IMG/VR virus record: IMGVR_UViG_3300043172_000501
Span: 32,657 to 96,656 of that record
Source: a virus
Length of the DNA stretch: 64,000 nt
Strand: one strand, 5' to 3'
Shown here: positions 54,599 to 64,000 of the stretch, piece by piece
How the letters are laid out: each line of letters opens with the position of its first letter
Position numbering within the stretch: position 1 is the first letter of the stretch
The notes under the pieces: generated by a model
The model's database searches: none
Seen by the model: only the letters and a program-made list of their open reading frames with translations
What the model was told of the DNA's origin: nothing
Position numbers and translations under genes: made by a program

Positions 54599-56131
54599 AT
54601 GGCACTTTTAGGACAAAGTTCAGATTATACAGATAAAGATTTTGAATCAATTAGGAAGAGAGCATTCGACCTTATCCGTTCAGTTTTCCCAACATGGACA
54701 AACGAAGCTGTAGCAAACTTCGGGAACATCTTAGTTGAAGGATATTCTTGGATTCTCGACGTATTAACATTCTATCAAGATCAACAAGCTCGTGAAGGCA
54801 GATTCCAAACTGCAGTTTTGCGTAAAAGTGTAATCGCTTTATGTAAACTTATCGGATATGAATTACCAGGGGCAAACGCTGCGACAGCTGACATCGTCAT
54901 AACCATCCAAAACGCAAACGCACTGACAGGCACAGTCGTTCCCGCATCAGTGAATACCCCAGTGGTTATTAGTACTCAAGAAATAACAGATCCTATAAAA
55001 GGAGAGATAATAAGCCCCCTACCTTTTCAGATAGATGTAGCAACAGGCTCAGGTCAATTTGTATGGGAACACAGCATCACACAACCGACCTATACACGGG
55101 CGAGTACTAGCCTTGCTGACCAATCATACCTACTACCATTCGGGCCATTCCTAGACGATTCTGAAGAGGTTTCCACAGTCAGCCAAGGTACGTTCACAAA
55201 GGTTGAATCATTCTTTAATTCAGGACCGACTGATGCTCATTACAGAATACAAGTAGACCAGAATGACAAAGCGACTGCTATTTTCGGAGACAATATAAAC
55301 GGAATTATTCCTTCAGGTACTATCAATATAAATTACCGAGCTGGTGGTGGCATCTACGGAAATGTTGAACAAAATTCACTTGTAAAAGTAGAAGGGACCT
55401 TTGTTGATTCTATCGGAAATAAAGCTTACTTAGTTGCAGAAAATACTTATCCAGCTGAAGGCGGATTGCCGAGAGAAGAAATCGGAGCCACAAAAATCAA
55501 CGCTCCAGAAAGCATCCGAGTGTTAAACCGTACAGTTGCTCGTGAAGATTACGAGATAAACGCTAAGAGAGTTTTAGGAATCGGCAGAGCCCTAATGCTG
55601 ACAAGCAATGAAGATGTCACAGTATCAGAAAATTACGGCAAGTTATACATTATCCCTTCCACTGGGGGAGTTGCGAGCCAAGCTTTACTAGATGAAGTAG
55701 AAACTATGTGCACAGTAACTTATCCTAATACAATTACGTTTCAACTTGAAGTTCTTACAGCAGTTTATCAAACCATTGATGTTCAAGCAGTAGTCTGGTT
55801 AAGACAAAACCAAACAGCATCAACAGTCAAAGATTCAATCATCGCCAACCTAGAAGATTATTTTGAACCAATGCTCGCTAGTGGAGCTCCAAATTCAAAC
55901 GTCGACTTCGGGTTCAATTACAAAGATGTTGATGGCAATCCAGCAGGAGAAATCGCTTTTTCTGACATCTTTAACGAAGTAAGAGATACAACAGGAGTTA
56001 GAAAAGTCGGAGCCGGAGATTCTGATTTCACACTCAACGGACTTCGTGATGATGTGAGTATATCAAATTGGAAATTCCCATCATTAGGACAAGTAATAAT
56101 CATTGACGGTGACACTGGCACGGAGATTTAA
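54599..56131 (+). CDS. Baseplate J/gp6-like wedge protein
   Basis: DYTDKDFES, FGDNINGIIP, YRAGGG.YGNV, RTVAREDYE. Confidence 0.9.
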   Translation: MALLGQSSDYTDKDFESIRKRAFDLIRSVFPTWTNEAVANFGNILVEGYSWILDVLTFYQDQQAREGRFQTAVLRKSVIALCKLIGYELPGANAATADIVITIQNANALTGTVVPASVNTPVVISTQEITDPIKGEIISPLPFQIDVATGSGQFVWEHSITQPTYTRASTSLADQSYLLPFGPFLDDSEEVSTVSQGTFTKVESFFNSGPTDAHYRIQVDQNDKATAIFGDNINGIIPSGTININYRAGGGIYGNVEQNSLVKVEGTFVDSIGNKAYLVAENTYPAEGGLPREEIGATKINAPESIRVLNRTVAREDYEINAKRVLGIGRALMLTSNEDVTVSENYGKLYIIPSTGGVASQALLDEVETMCTVTYPNTITFQLEVLTAVYQTIDVQAVVWLRQNQTASTVKDSIIANLEDYFEPMLASGAPNSNVDFGFNYKDVDGNPAGEIAFSDIFNEVRDTTGVRKVGAGDSDFTLNGLRDDVSISNWKFPSLGQVIIIDGDTGTEI

Positions 56132-56132
56132 A

Positions 56133-59100
56133 ATGCCTAATCCTTATTTACATTGGGACGTAGCTGAGAATCATAACTTGCATGTTACTGCCTCTAACGG
56201 ACCACTGATAGTAGACGAAAACAGAAACAAAAGTCTTTTAGCACAATTAGTAGCAATTCAAAGTCAAGAAGTTTTAGCTACAGATGCAACTGTAGGATAT
56301 TTCCAACAGTTTGAAGTAGTAGACGACGCTCAACCTAACACCGGGATAAAAATATCTCAGTACCAATACATGCCAGTAGGACTAAATTATTCAATAGCAA
56401 ACCCCGCTGACAGCGAACCGCAGATGCACGATTACTCTAACCCCTTCGGCTCATTAGGCTTATCTATTCCATACGGGCTAATAGGATACAGGGCTAGTTT
56501 GCGTGGATGGGTTGCTACAGCAGCTGAAAGCAATTTACAGTGCAACGTTATTGTTAAATGGGAAGACGGAAAAGGAACTAGATTATCAGGGAGTGCAAGA
56601 GGAGGATACACAGGTCACGGATTAGTTGCATATAATATGAAAGCAGATGATGCAGATTATGTTTTTATGTCAGCACACGGGAAACGTCCAACCACTGACA
56701 CAGACTGGGCAAACTCAGCAATGATGGCATCCCCAGCAGGAGTAGTTTCACTCGGAACACCTATCGTAAATAATAATGTCAGCGGAGATAAAATAAGAAT
56801 AGTTTCATCTGGCGGAGAACCTTTATGGGATATTAAAATTGATCAAGATCTTAATGATACAGACACCTGGACAAACTTATTTAATACATCACAAGATTTG
56901 ACTAGCGAACTCATAACAGCAGAAAAAAACTATTTAGCTTTAACTGCCGAGTTATTCGCAGGATCCGCACTAATACGAGACTGGGCAGAGCCACCCTTGA
57001 CAGCAGAAACTTTTTTTAACTACATAGAAGTTTCACAGTTTGAACCATGGGTTATTGATAAATCATCATGGGGATTAGAAGACTGGGACAATTACATGTC
57101 TTGGCTAACCGGTAGTACAACGAGTTATTCACTTGAAAGAAGAATGCCACAAAAAGATTTACGCCACATACCACTAGGAGAAGAAGGTTCACCAACTACA
57201 TTGAGGAAGAGTGATTCTGATTTAGGTATCTGTCTTGAGTTTAATGATAAAACATATTTGATAGCACAACCCGCCTGGGACATACCGAGTACAGCAATAC
57301 CAAGTAATCTCGTAAACATAGCTGTTTGTGATGACTCCAGTTACGGCGCAGACGCACCAATGACAGCGGTAGGTAAATTCAAATTACAGAACATGGTAAA
57401 CTGGACAGATGAAGTTGATATTCTAGGAGCCGGAGACTGGCATGCTTCAGTTCCTTCGTCAGCAAATGGCATGGGGATATTCTGGAGACAAACAGGTGGA
57501 TCCGGAGAAGGTGAACTAGTAGCGAGAGCCTGGCATTCAATTTCAAGTTCATGGAAAGAAGCTATAACGCCTTTCAACGCTGAAGATCACAACGATAAAG
57601 CTATTGAATTAGCAATGATATGGACAGGAGCGAGAGGGTCTGATGCAGACAAGTCAGACAACACTTTATCTCTTGCAATAAATTCGACTACTAAAGCATC
57701 TGTTGATTTCGGCGAAGGTCTAGCTTTAATAGGAACAGAGTTCTTTACAATTGGCAGTAAAAGATCCTTCAGTCTGACTCAAACAGGATATTCGTTTCAA
57801 GGGCTATTTCGTGAAGCAGTAGTCTTCGCTGACGCATTATCAGATGAAAGTTTATTGAGTGCTTTTAATAACACAACAACTGAGTTTATAAATCCATCTT
57901 TTGAATTACCAGACGAATCAAGAAGACCAGGTGAAGCATTAAGTTGGATTTGGGAAAGTCTTCAACAAGCAGGAGGCTGGGCAGATTTCAACGAATACGA
58001 TCAACGATTACGACAATGGGCAACAGCAACTGAAAATTTTGGAGCAGGATTCTTTTATTCACATGAATGGCGATACACAGACGAAGCAGAACGTCTATCA
58101 GCGACAGGTTTTATAGCTGGAGACGTAAATAAATCCGCATATCAAGTTAGTAATGATACGATGTGGAAACTAATAAACAACAGTCCAGCAACATGGGTAC
58201 AAGTTGAAATTAGCTCCAACGAAGCTTGGATAGATAATTTGTCAGATGTCGAGACAAACGCAACTTTATTCAATGAAGGAGTAGGAGTTTTTGAAACTAT
58301 TCAAGAACTTTTCGCAATATGGAAATGGGGAGCAATTCAAGGAACACCTTGGCTAGACAGTTATACGTTTACATCTCCTGCGACAGATAACCCACCTATA
58401 GGCTGGTCAGGATACGCCTTCGATATTGACAGTGATTTTCCTCTTACTTTAGAGCAATTTAATGAGTCATGGGGATCAGACCCGTTCACGACGAATTTCG
58501 GATGGAACGCTGTGCCAGCACAGAATGGTAAGTTCCATAGTAACGCTATTGAGTTCCCTGTAACAATTCTACCAAACAAGAACCAATTACTAGTGAAATA
58601 TACTGAAGCCAGTGAAGTTGACCGTTTCAAAATATTGACTATGACACCAGGGGAATACGCAAGCGCAACAGAACTAGCGACAATGGTTGACACTCAGTGG
58701 CAGTCTGAAATACCATCAGGAAACAATATAGAAGTTGTTCCTTGGATAAAAGAAAATGAATCAGGAATATCTTTTCAATGGGACGGAACGTCTACAACAT
58801 TAAGAGGCGTAGGATTAGGAACAGTAGAGAGAACAAAAAACAATGATGTTCGTGAAACGATCGGTTTGACAAGCCTAAGCGCAAGTACAGTTCCTTCAGA
58901 TGTTAAATTTCCAGCAGAATTTTACGCTGACGATCTACCTTCAGGCATTATAATCACTGATACATTTTTAATAGACTCATGGTCACAGTATATTTTCTTG
59001 TCAACGTCAGACCCAAACATTGCCAGTGATTTCGCAAAAGATTATACTTTATATGCTGCAACGTTTGACAGTACGACAATTTTAGAGCTTTTAACACTAG

Positions 59101-59243
59101 TCGGATGGTTCGGACCAGGTGCAGAATGGAAAGAATATTTTGATGTAGTCGATTTAACGTCTGCATTATTCGATGCTCCAGTAAATAATACTATGGAGAA
59201 ATTTTTAGATACAGAATGGCCCGAAGAGCCATTCCCTGAATAG
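56133..59243 (+). CDS. Large baseplate/fibre-associated virion protein, possible ConA/LamG-like domain
   Basis: GGAG RBS; Trp-rich beta content; FQGLFREAVVFADALS; NPSFE. Confidence 0.65.
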   Translation: MPNPYLHWDVAENHNLHVTASNGPLIVDENRNKSLLAQLVAIQSQEVLATDATVGYFQQFEVVDDAQPNTGIKISQYQYMPVGLNYSIANPADSEPQMHDYSNPFGSLGLSIPYGLIGYRASLRGWVATAAESNLQCNVIVKWEDGKGTRLSGSARGGYTGHGLVAYNMKADDADYVFMSAHGKRPTTDTDWANSAMMASPAGVVSLGTPIVNNNVSGDKIRIVSSGGEPLWDIKIDQDLNDTDTWTNLFNTSQDLTSELITAEKNYLALTAELFAGSALIRDWAEPPLTAETFFNYIEVSQFEPWVIDKSSWGLEDWDNYMSWLTGSTTSYSLERRMPQKDLRHIPLGEEGSPTTLRKSDSDLGICLEFNDKTYLIAQPAWDIPSTAIPSNLVNIAVCDDSSYGADAPMTAVGKFKLQNMVNWTDEVDILGAGDWHASVPSSANGMGIFWRQTGGSGEGELVARAWHSISSSWKEAITPFNAEDHNDKAIELAMIWTGARGSDADKSDNTLSLAINSTTKASVDFGEGLALIGTEFFTIGSKRSFSLTQTGYSFQGLFREAVVFADALSDESLLSAFNNTTTEFINPSFELPDESRRPGEALSWIWESLQQAGGWADFNEYDQRLRQWATATENFGAGFFYSHEWRYTDEAERLSATGFIAGDVNKSAYQVSNDTMWKLINNSPATWVQVEISSNEAWIDNLSDVETNATLFNEGVGVFETIQELFAIWKWGAIQGTPWLDSYTFTSPATDNPPIGWSGYAFDIDSDFPLTLEQFNESWGSDPFTTNFGWNAVPAQNGKFHSNAIEFPVTILPNKNQLLVKYTEASEVDRFKILTMTPGEYASATELATMVDTQWQSEIPSGNNIEVVPWIKENESGISFQWDGTSTTLRGVGLGTVERTKNNDVRETIGLTSLSASTVPSDVKFPAEFYADDLPSGIIITDTFLIDSWSQYIFLSTSDPNIASDFAKDYTLYAATFDSTTILELLTLVGWFGPGAEWKEYFDVVDLTSALFDAPVNNTMEKFLDTEWPEEPFPE

Positions 59244-59255
59244 TAGGAGGAATAA

Positions 59256-59993
59256 ATGGGACAAGCTGATTGGAACAATTTAAACGATTCAATAAGTGCC
59301 GCAAGTCTCGCCAGAGGCGTTACTGCAGGAATCCAAGGACCAGCAGGCGGAAACGGTTTCGTTTACGGATATAATTCATTAGATGGAACAGTATCAGGAG
59401 CCCATGGCAAATATGTTGATCTATCAAATTTCGCACCGACCGGCACTGGACTTTCTGTTCCAGATGGAGGTGGCTCAGTTCGTGGATGTGTTCAAAGGAC
59501 CGCATCTCCAAATAATACAGGATTTACTCCAATGTTGTTTTTCTGTGCACAAGGAGGACCACCCTCTGTAAATGACGCTGCTTACATTTTAGGATTATCA
59601 GACGCTGACCCGTATGAAATCGTATTAGCTAAAGCTCCAATAGTGTCTGGCATTGTTGATTCAGATGAGAATGTAACAATATTGAGAAGGTCTTCAGCTC
59701 AATACGCTATCGGCGATAATCTTTGGCACCACTTACGTTTAGACGCAATTGTAGAACCAAACGGCGATGTTCTTCTGAAATGTTTTAGTAATGATCTAGC
59801 ACAAAATCCAATTGGTTCTGCACCTGATTGGCAGACAATTCAAGGCATAAGTGATTTCATTGATGACGCAATACAAATCAATACCGGTTCCGCTCCTCTC
59901 TGGGGAGGATACATGGGATTTGCATTTACATTTGCCGCATCACTAAATAGGCGAGGCGCATTTGACGCATTAGAAGCATACAGGACTACTTAA
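59256..59993 (+). CDS. Virion structural protein, lectin-like fold
   Basis: GGAGG RBS; WHHLRLDAIV.PNGDV. Confidence 0.65.
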   Translation: MGQADWNNLNDSISAASLARGVTAGIQGPAGGNGFVYGYNSLDGTVSGAHGKYVDLSNFAPTGTGLSVPDGGGSVRGCVQRTASPNNTGFTPMLFFCAQGGPPSVNDAAYILGLSDADPYEIVLAKAPIVSGIVDSDENVTILRRSSAQYAIGDNLWHHLRLDAIVEPNGDVLLKCFSNDLAQNPIGSAPDWQTIQGISDFIDDAIQINTGSAPLWGGYMGFAFTFAASLNRRGAFDALEAYRTT

Positions 59994-61120
59994 TGGGTAC
60001 ATGGTTTGAAAAGCAAAGAGGTATCAATTCTGGTCGTATAACCCCTGCCATTGTTGAGCCAACTGAAGGTGATAAAGTTTTCGTCCTCGGGCAAGAAGAT
60101 CCTATTGAGCCATCAATTATCAGTATTGGTGACTATACCTCAGTGAAACAAGTTGTTGATTTAACAGGTTACGATTTCGTAAACGCTACATTCAACACAC
60201 TTGGACAGACAGCTCAAGCCATACCACTTGATACTGCTTTGTGGTCACCAGACGATGCAGAAATTATGCGTTTTGAAATGTCAGAACCAGGCACAACTTG
60301 CGCCAACTCAATAAGCGGAGGCGCTTCTATTGCTGATAGCCCGAGTGTAGGTCACTCAGTCGAAGAGTACTCAGGCGCAGATAAAATTTGTCGAGAATCA
60401 TTTGCTGCAAGTTCTCCAGGTTCAATAAGCGGAATCAATACACCAGCCATGTCTCCAAGTGCAAGCGCATCCCTACCTAAAGCAACACTTCAGTTCTGGG
60501 CAAAGATACACTGGAGTCAAATGACCTCATTCGGTCAATATGAGTACATACAGATAGGCGAATACTTTACAGGAACAGGATTCGCCCTAGCTATCATAAT
60601 AGACGGAGGCGGAGTCAAAACTTTTGATGGTGTCGGCTCGATGGGCATGGGACCGTTGACGTCTATCTTTAGCAGAACCACTGAAGTAGGCACATGGGAA
60701 ATGTTTACGTTTGTTTATGATTCTGACTTTCCATCGACAAACGGAGCGTGGAAGATTTACATAAATGATCAATACATCGGACAAGCAGATATTGTAGTTC
60801 CAGGTGATTTAGTTTTGCCAGCATTAGGCGAACTTATAAGTTTTAGCGGTTTTAGAATACCCGGAGAACTAGGACCTGTTAGGCTCTTACAAAGAGCGAT
60901 GAGCCCAATAGAAATAATGCAGTCCCACGCAGATTCAACATCAGGATCAACCTTCCAAGAAACAAAGTGGGTTCAACAAATTTTAATAAATAATGTTATC
61001 TACGCCGAACGAGAGATTATCGGCAACGAACAACGCACATGGACAGATTTTATCGCACCAGTTAGAAAGCTTGAAGGGAACCAAGAAGTTGAGTTCAAGC
61101 TTATACTTTTAGAAGCATAA
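59993..61120 (+). CDS. Virion protein with central LamG/ConA-like segment
   Basis: TLQFWAK...WEMFTFVYD...WKIYIND...VRLLQRAMSPIEI. Confidence 0.65.
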   Translation: MGTWFEKQRGINSGRITPAIVEPTEGDKVFVLGQEDPIEPSIISIGDYTSVKQVVDLTGYDFVNATFNTLGQTAQAIPLDTALWSPDDAEIMRFEMSEPGTTCANSISGGASIADSPSVGHSVEEYSGADKICRESFAASSPGSISGINTPAMSPSASASLPKATLQFWAKIHWSQMTSFGQYEYIQIGEYFTGTGFALAIIIDGGGVKTFDGVGSMGMGPLTSIFSRTTEVGTWEMFTFVYDSDFPSTNGAWKIYINDQYIGQADIVVPGDLVLPALGELISFSGFRIPGELGPVRLLQRAMSPIEIMQSHADSTSGSTFQETKWVQQILINNVIYAEREIIGNEQRTWTDFIAPVRKLEGNQEVEFKLILLEA

Positions 61121-61130
61121 GGAGAATGAC

Positions 61131-64000
61131 ATGCCATTAACACCATTACTAGGAATCGAATACCCAGCAGAACTTGAAGATCCGTTTTGGGATACAATAT
61201 CAACTAAAACTTTTGTTGGTTTTGACTCATGGATTCAAGCTAACGCAGAAGACAAAAGCGCAGTTCTAGTTGGAGAAATAACGTTTGATTTACCCACTAA
61301 TAAATTAACATGGACAAGTCCAGTCTACATCGCAAACCCGAGGCAAGATGGAATAATTACCATAGCCCCAGGAAACATAACAATCGCTGACGGTCAATTT
61401 GCCTATGTCACAGTTTCGCAACGTCCATATCAAGCAGAGACACTAACTGTTTCAGTTGGACCCCCACCTTTAACCGGAATAAATATTATCCCTATAGCTT
61501 TTCGCAAAGGAAACGATGTCCAAATAAAAGGACAAACCGGTGGCAGTTCAACATATTCAAATATCGATTTTAGTCTACCCGCTCCAGGGTATAAAGATAT
61601 GCGTCTTGAATGGGATACAGCAAATAATTGCCCTACATTTTATAATGATATAACTGATGTTAAACACCAGATAGGACGTGAAGCGTGGGTACGTTCATAT
61701 AATAATTCAGGTATAGATATTTCAAATGGTGATGTTGTCTATATTTCAGGTTCAATTGAAATTAGTGGTGAGTGGGTACCAACAATTGCAAAAGCAAAAG
61801 CTGATGATTATGCAAAAAGCGGTGTATTAGGTGTCGCAACAACTGATATTGATGATGGTGCACAAGGTGAAGTTACTGAATTTGGCAAAGTTAATGATAT
61901 AAACACAATAAGTTTTAATAATGGTGATATTCTTTATTTAAGTACAACATTAGGTGAACTGACAAATACACGCCCAATATTTCCAGCAAAACCAATTATA
62001 ATTGGTAACTGTTTAGAATCCCACGCAACGACTGGTTCAATTCAAGTTATAATTAAAAACGATCAATATGATTATGAATTTGATGGTACAGCAATTGAAA
62101 GGCAAGATACATTTGTCATTGAAGATAGTGGCACAGTTTATGCTGAGGTTGAACTTGATGGTGGCGGTGATTTACCTGTTCAATTATTAGGGCAAGTCTA
62201 TTTAATAGATTGTACAGGTGGTGCTGGTGTTGGTGGTCGTGCACGGGTCGCACTGACAGCTGGTACTGATTCAGAATTACAATTTAATTTTGTCTATGCT
62301 GAAATTGTTGGTGGTGTGGCTACATTAAAATCAAGTGTTACAGCACCAGTTTCTAATTATGCATTTTTATCATTTGTTTCAATTTGGAGTGCTGCAAAAA
62401 CTGCGACTGATGGTGCTGCTTTACATCAACGTTCAACTGATGCAAAAGAACATAATGGCGTTGGCAGGATTGCACACATTGATGCAAAATTAAGGCAATT
62501 GGGTACAAGTTGGTCAACTGGTGTTACACCGACGGCAACCATTACAACACAAGGTGGCGCAGTTGATGATCTCAAAATTGAGACAACAATGGGTTTGGTT
62601 TGGCAGTTACACCCTCAAATATTCCCGGTAAAAGATACATCAGTTGGAGGTGTTTATGTTGCAAATGCTTCAGGGTTAGGCACATTAACCAAATATCAAA
62701 AGATAACAAATTTAAATGAATGCCTTGAAGATGTTGCTGGTAACAGCCTATCAGGTACAAGGTTTAATTTAACTTTATGGGGTGCTATAAATAAAACAAG
62801 TGGTGAATGTAAGCTTTATATCAATTTACCTTCAGGTGAATACAGTTCTGATGATGACGCCTATTATGATGTAGGTCAAACAGCAATTACATCAGTGGAA
62901 CGTGCTGTTTTTAGTACTGCATTTTTAATTGCACGTATCCCAATAAGGCATAGGACATTAAACAATGGCACTTTAAGTTTTATAAATCCAGCTGGCTTAT
63001 CTGAAATTATACCATTACTAGGTACTGTTCTCGGTGGCAGTGCATCAGGTGGCGCGGGTAGTGGAGGTGGTGCTTCAACTTTGAATCAGTTGACCGATGT
63101 GGAGATTACAGCACCTACCAGTGGTGAGATCTTAGAATACAATGGTTTGATTTGGGAGAACGTTGCCGGAGTTAATGCAACTAGTTTACAAACTGTACCT
63201 ATACCTGTACCTGCTGTTGATGAGTTAGCAAATGATACACATAATGTTTTGAAGTATTTTCAAAATCTAATTGAGTATCCAGAAGATTTAACACAGGTAG
63301 AGTGGACAAAAACTGGTGTTGCAATCAGTGGAACAACTGGTATAGTTGCTAGTGGTTCCACAACAACACAACGCATAGCAAGTGTTATTAGTTCAATGGA
63401 AATTGGTGAATTATACACCATTAGATTAAGGGTAGAAGGGGGGAATTTGGACTGGATGTCAATCTACCCACCTTATAATGTAGCATCCTCACTATGTTAT
63501 TTTGATATTACCAACAGCACCATAGGTACAACCCCAACAACAGAAAATCAAAAGATAGTTACACATGAAGGTACTATACAAGACCTGTTTGTAGAATTTA
63601 CAGCGGATGCAATAAGTAGTATTCTATATGCTAGGGTTACAGATGGGGATAATGTAACTAATGGGACAGGTGATGGATTAGCAATATCAGCAAATATATT
63701 AGAAACTCAAATTTATAAAGGCACTATTGAACAATGGGGGCAATTCCCATACCGTAACAACGGTGCAATCGCAGAACTTGGCACACAAGAATACATTCTT
63801 GAAACTGATGGAATAGCAGGTATTGAAGTATTAAAACCATTACCCCACAAATCAGATATAAACGGTAAAGTTGGTGCTTTTAAGTATTTGCAGAACTTTG
63901 TTGAAGCTAGTGAAAAAATAAATGATTTGTCAGCATGGGAACAAAGAAACTCAGTTGTATCAGATCCTAATGATTTTGTAGCTGATAGTTCAACAAGTTT
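61131..64000 (+). CDS. Tail fibre/receptor-binding protein, 3' truncated (absent from ORF track)
   Basis: AAGGAG RBS; MPLTPLLGIEYP...; in frame at the window end and no stop-terminated ORF is listed for this frame; NGDVVYISG...GVAT module and LNQLTDVEIT.P..GEIL.Y.G..WEN fibre motif. Confidence 0.85.
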   Translation, partial: MPLTPLLGIEYPAELEDPFWDTISTKTFVGFDSWIQANAEDKSAVLVGEITFDLPTNKLTWTSPVYIANPRQDGIITIAPGNITIADGQFAYVTVSQRPYQAETLTVSVGPPPLTGINIIPIAFRKGNDVQIKGQTGGSSTYSNIDFSLPAPGYKDMRLEWDTANNCPTFYNDITDVKHQIGREAWVRSYNNSGIDISNGDVVYISGSIEISGEWVPTIAKAKADDYAKSGVLGVATTDIDDGAQGEVTEFGKVNDINTISFNNGDILYLSTTLGELTNTRPIFPAKPIIIGNCLESHATTGSIQVIIKNDQYDYEFDGTAIERQDTFVIEDSGTVYAEVELDGGGDLPVQLLGQVYLIDCTGGAGVGGRARVALTAGTDSELQFNFVYAEIVGGVATLKSSVTAPVSNYAFLSFVSIWSAAKTATDGAALHQRSTDAKEHNGVGRIAHIDAKLRQLGTSWSTGVTPTATITTQGGAVDDLKIETTMGLVWQLHPQIFPVKDTSVGGVYVANASGLGTLTKYQKITNLNECLEDVAGNSLSGTRFNLTLWGAINKTSGECKLYINLPSGEYSSDDDAYYDVGQTAITSVERAVFSTAFLIARIPIRHRTLNNGTLSFINPAGLSEIIPLLGTVLGGSASGGAGSGGGASTLNQLTDVEITAPTSGEILEYNGLIWENVAGVNATSLQTVPIPVPAVDELANDTHNVLKYFQNLIEYPEDLTQVEWTKTGVAISGTTGIVASGSTTTQRIASVISSMEIGELYTIRLRVEGGNLDWMSIYPPYNVASSLCYFDITNSTIGTTPTTENQKIVTHEGTIQDLFVEFTADAISSILYARVTDGDNVTNGTGDGLAISANILETQIYKGTIEQWGQFPYRNNGAIAELGTQEYILETDGIAGIEVLKPLPHKSDINGKVGAFKYLQNFVEASEKINDLSAWEQRNSVVSDPNDFVADSSTS

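Larger units (their letters stand above)
1..64000 (+). mobile_element. Tailed phage genome segment with contractile tail (myovirus)
   Basis: Co-oriented, densely packed genes including terminase, portal, capsid, sheath, tube, tape measure and baseplate; no host housekeeping genes. Confidence 0.97.

Noticed and set aside
44053-56131. Stand-alone contractile injection system or tailocin
   Set aside because: The tail genes are contiguous with terminase, portal, protease and capsid genes, so this is a phage
88-62760. Minus-strand ORFs in the track
   Set aside because: They lie antisense to well-supported plus-strand genes, show no recognisable motifs and mostly mirror low-complexity coding sequence
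1-64000. Stop-codon reassignment
   Set aside because: Long conserved genes are intact in the standard code and TAA, TAG and TGA all end genes at tight junctions

Overview
The whole window is one strand of an AT-rich tailed-phage (myovirus) genome, and essentially every credible gene lies on the + strand. In order it carries: (1) the 3' end of a putative DNA-hypermodification locus (glycosyltransferase, DpdA/TGT-like transglycosylase, two ParB/Srx-like proteins; 1-3366); (2) about 20 kb of early/accessory genes (SSB, orphan amino-methyltransferase, HNH, MazG-like, ASCH, many small ORFs, a probable small terminase, a RuvC-like resolvase); (3) a virion module from large terminase, portal, a long MuF protein, XkdF-type protease and major capsid through neck, sheath, tube, chaperone, tape measure and baseplate to a tail fibre that runs off the window end. 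I see no integrase, replicase, lysis gene, CRISPR array, reverse transcriptase or complete tRNA. A deltaproteobacterial/myxobacterial-type host is only a weak inference. The strongest novelty candidates are: a dual-coding region where the +1 frame of a lipoprotein gene encodes a clear paralogue of a free-standing gene 1 kb downstream; the glycosyltransferase + transglycosylase + ParB-pair locus; a promoter-minigene-tRNA-top-half element; two promoters with identical operator architecture; two promoter-proximal 16-bp C-loop terminator RNAs; a MuF-metallopeptidase toxin/immunity-like pair; and a -1 frameshift in the tail chaperone. All family calls come from motif recognition by eye, not database searches.
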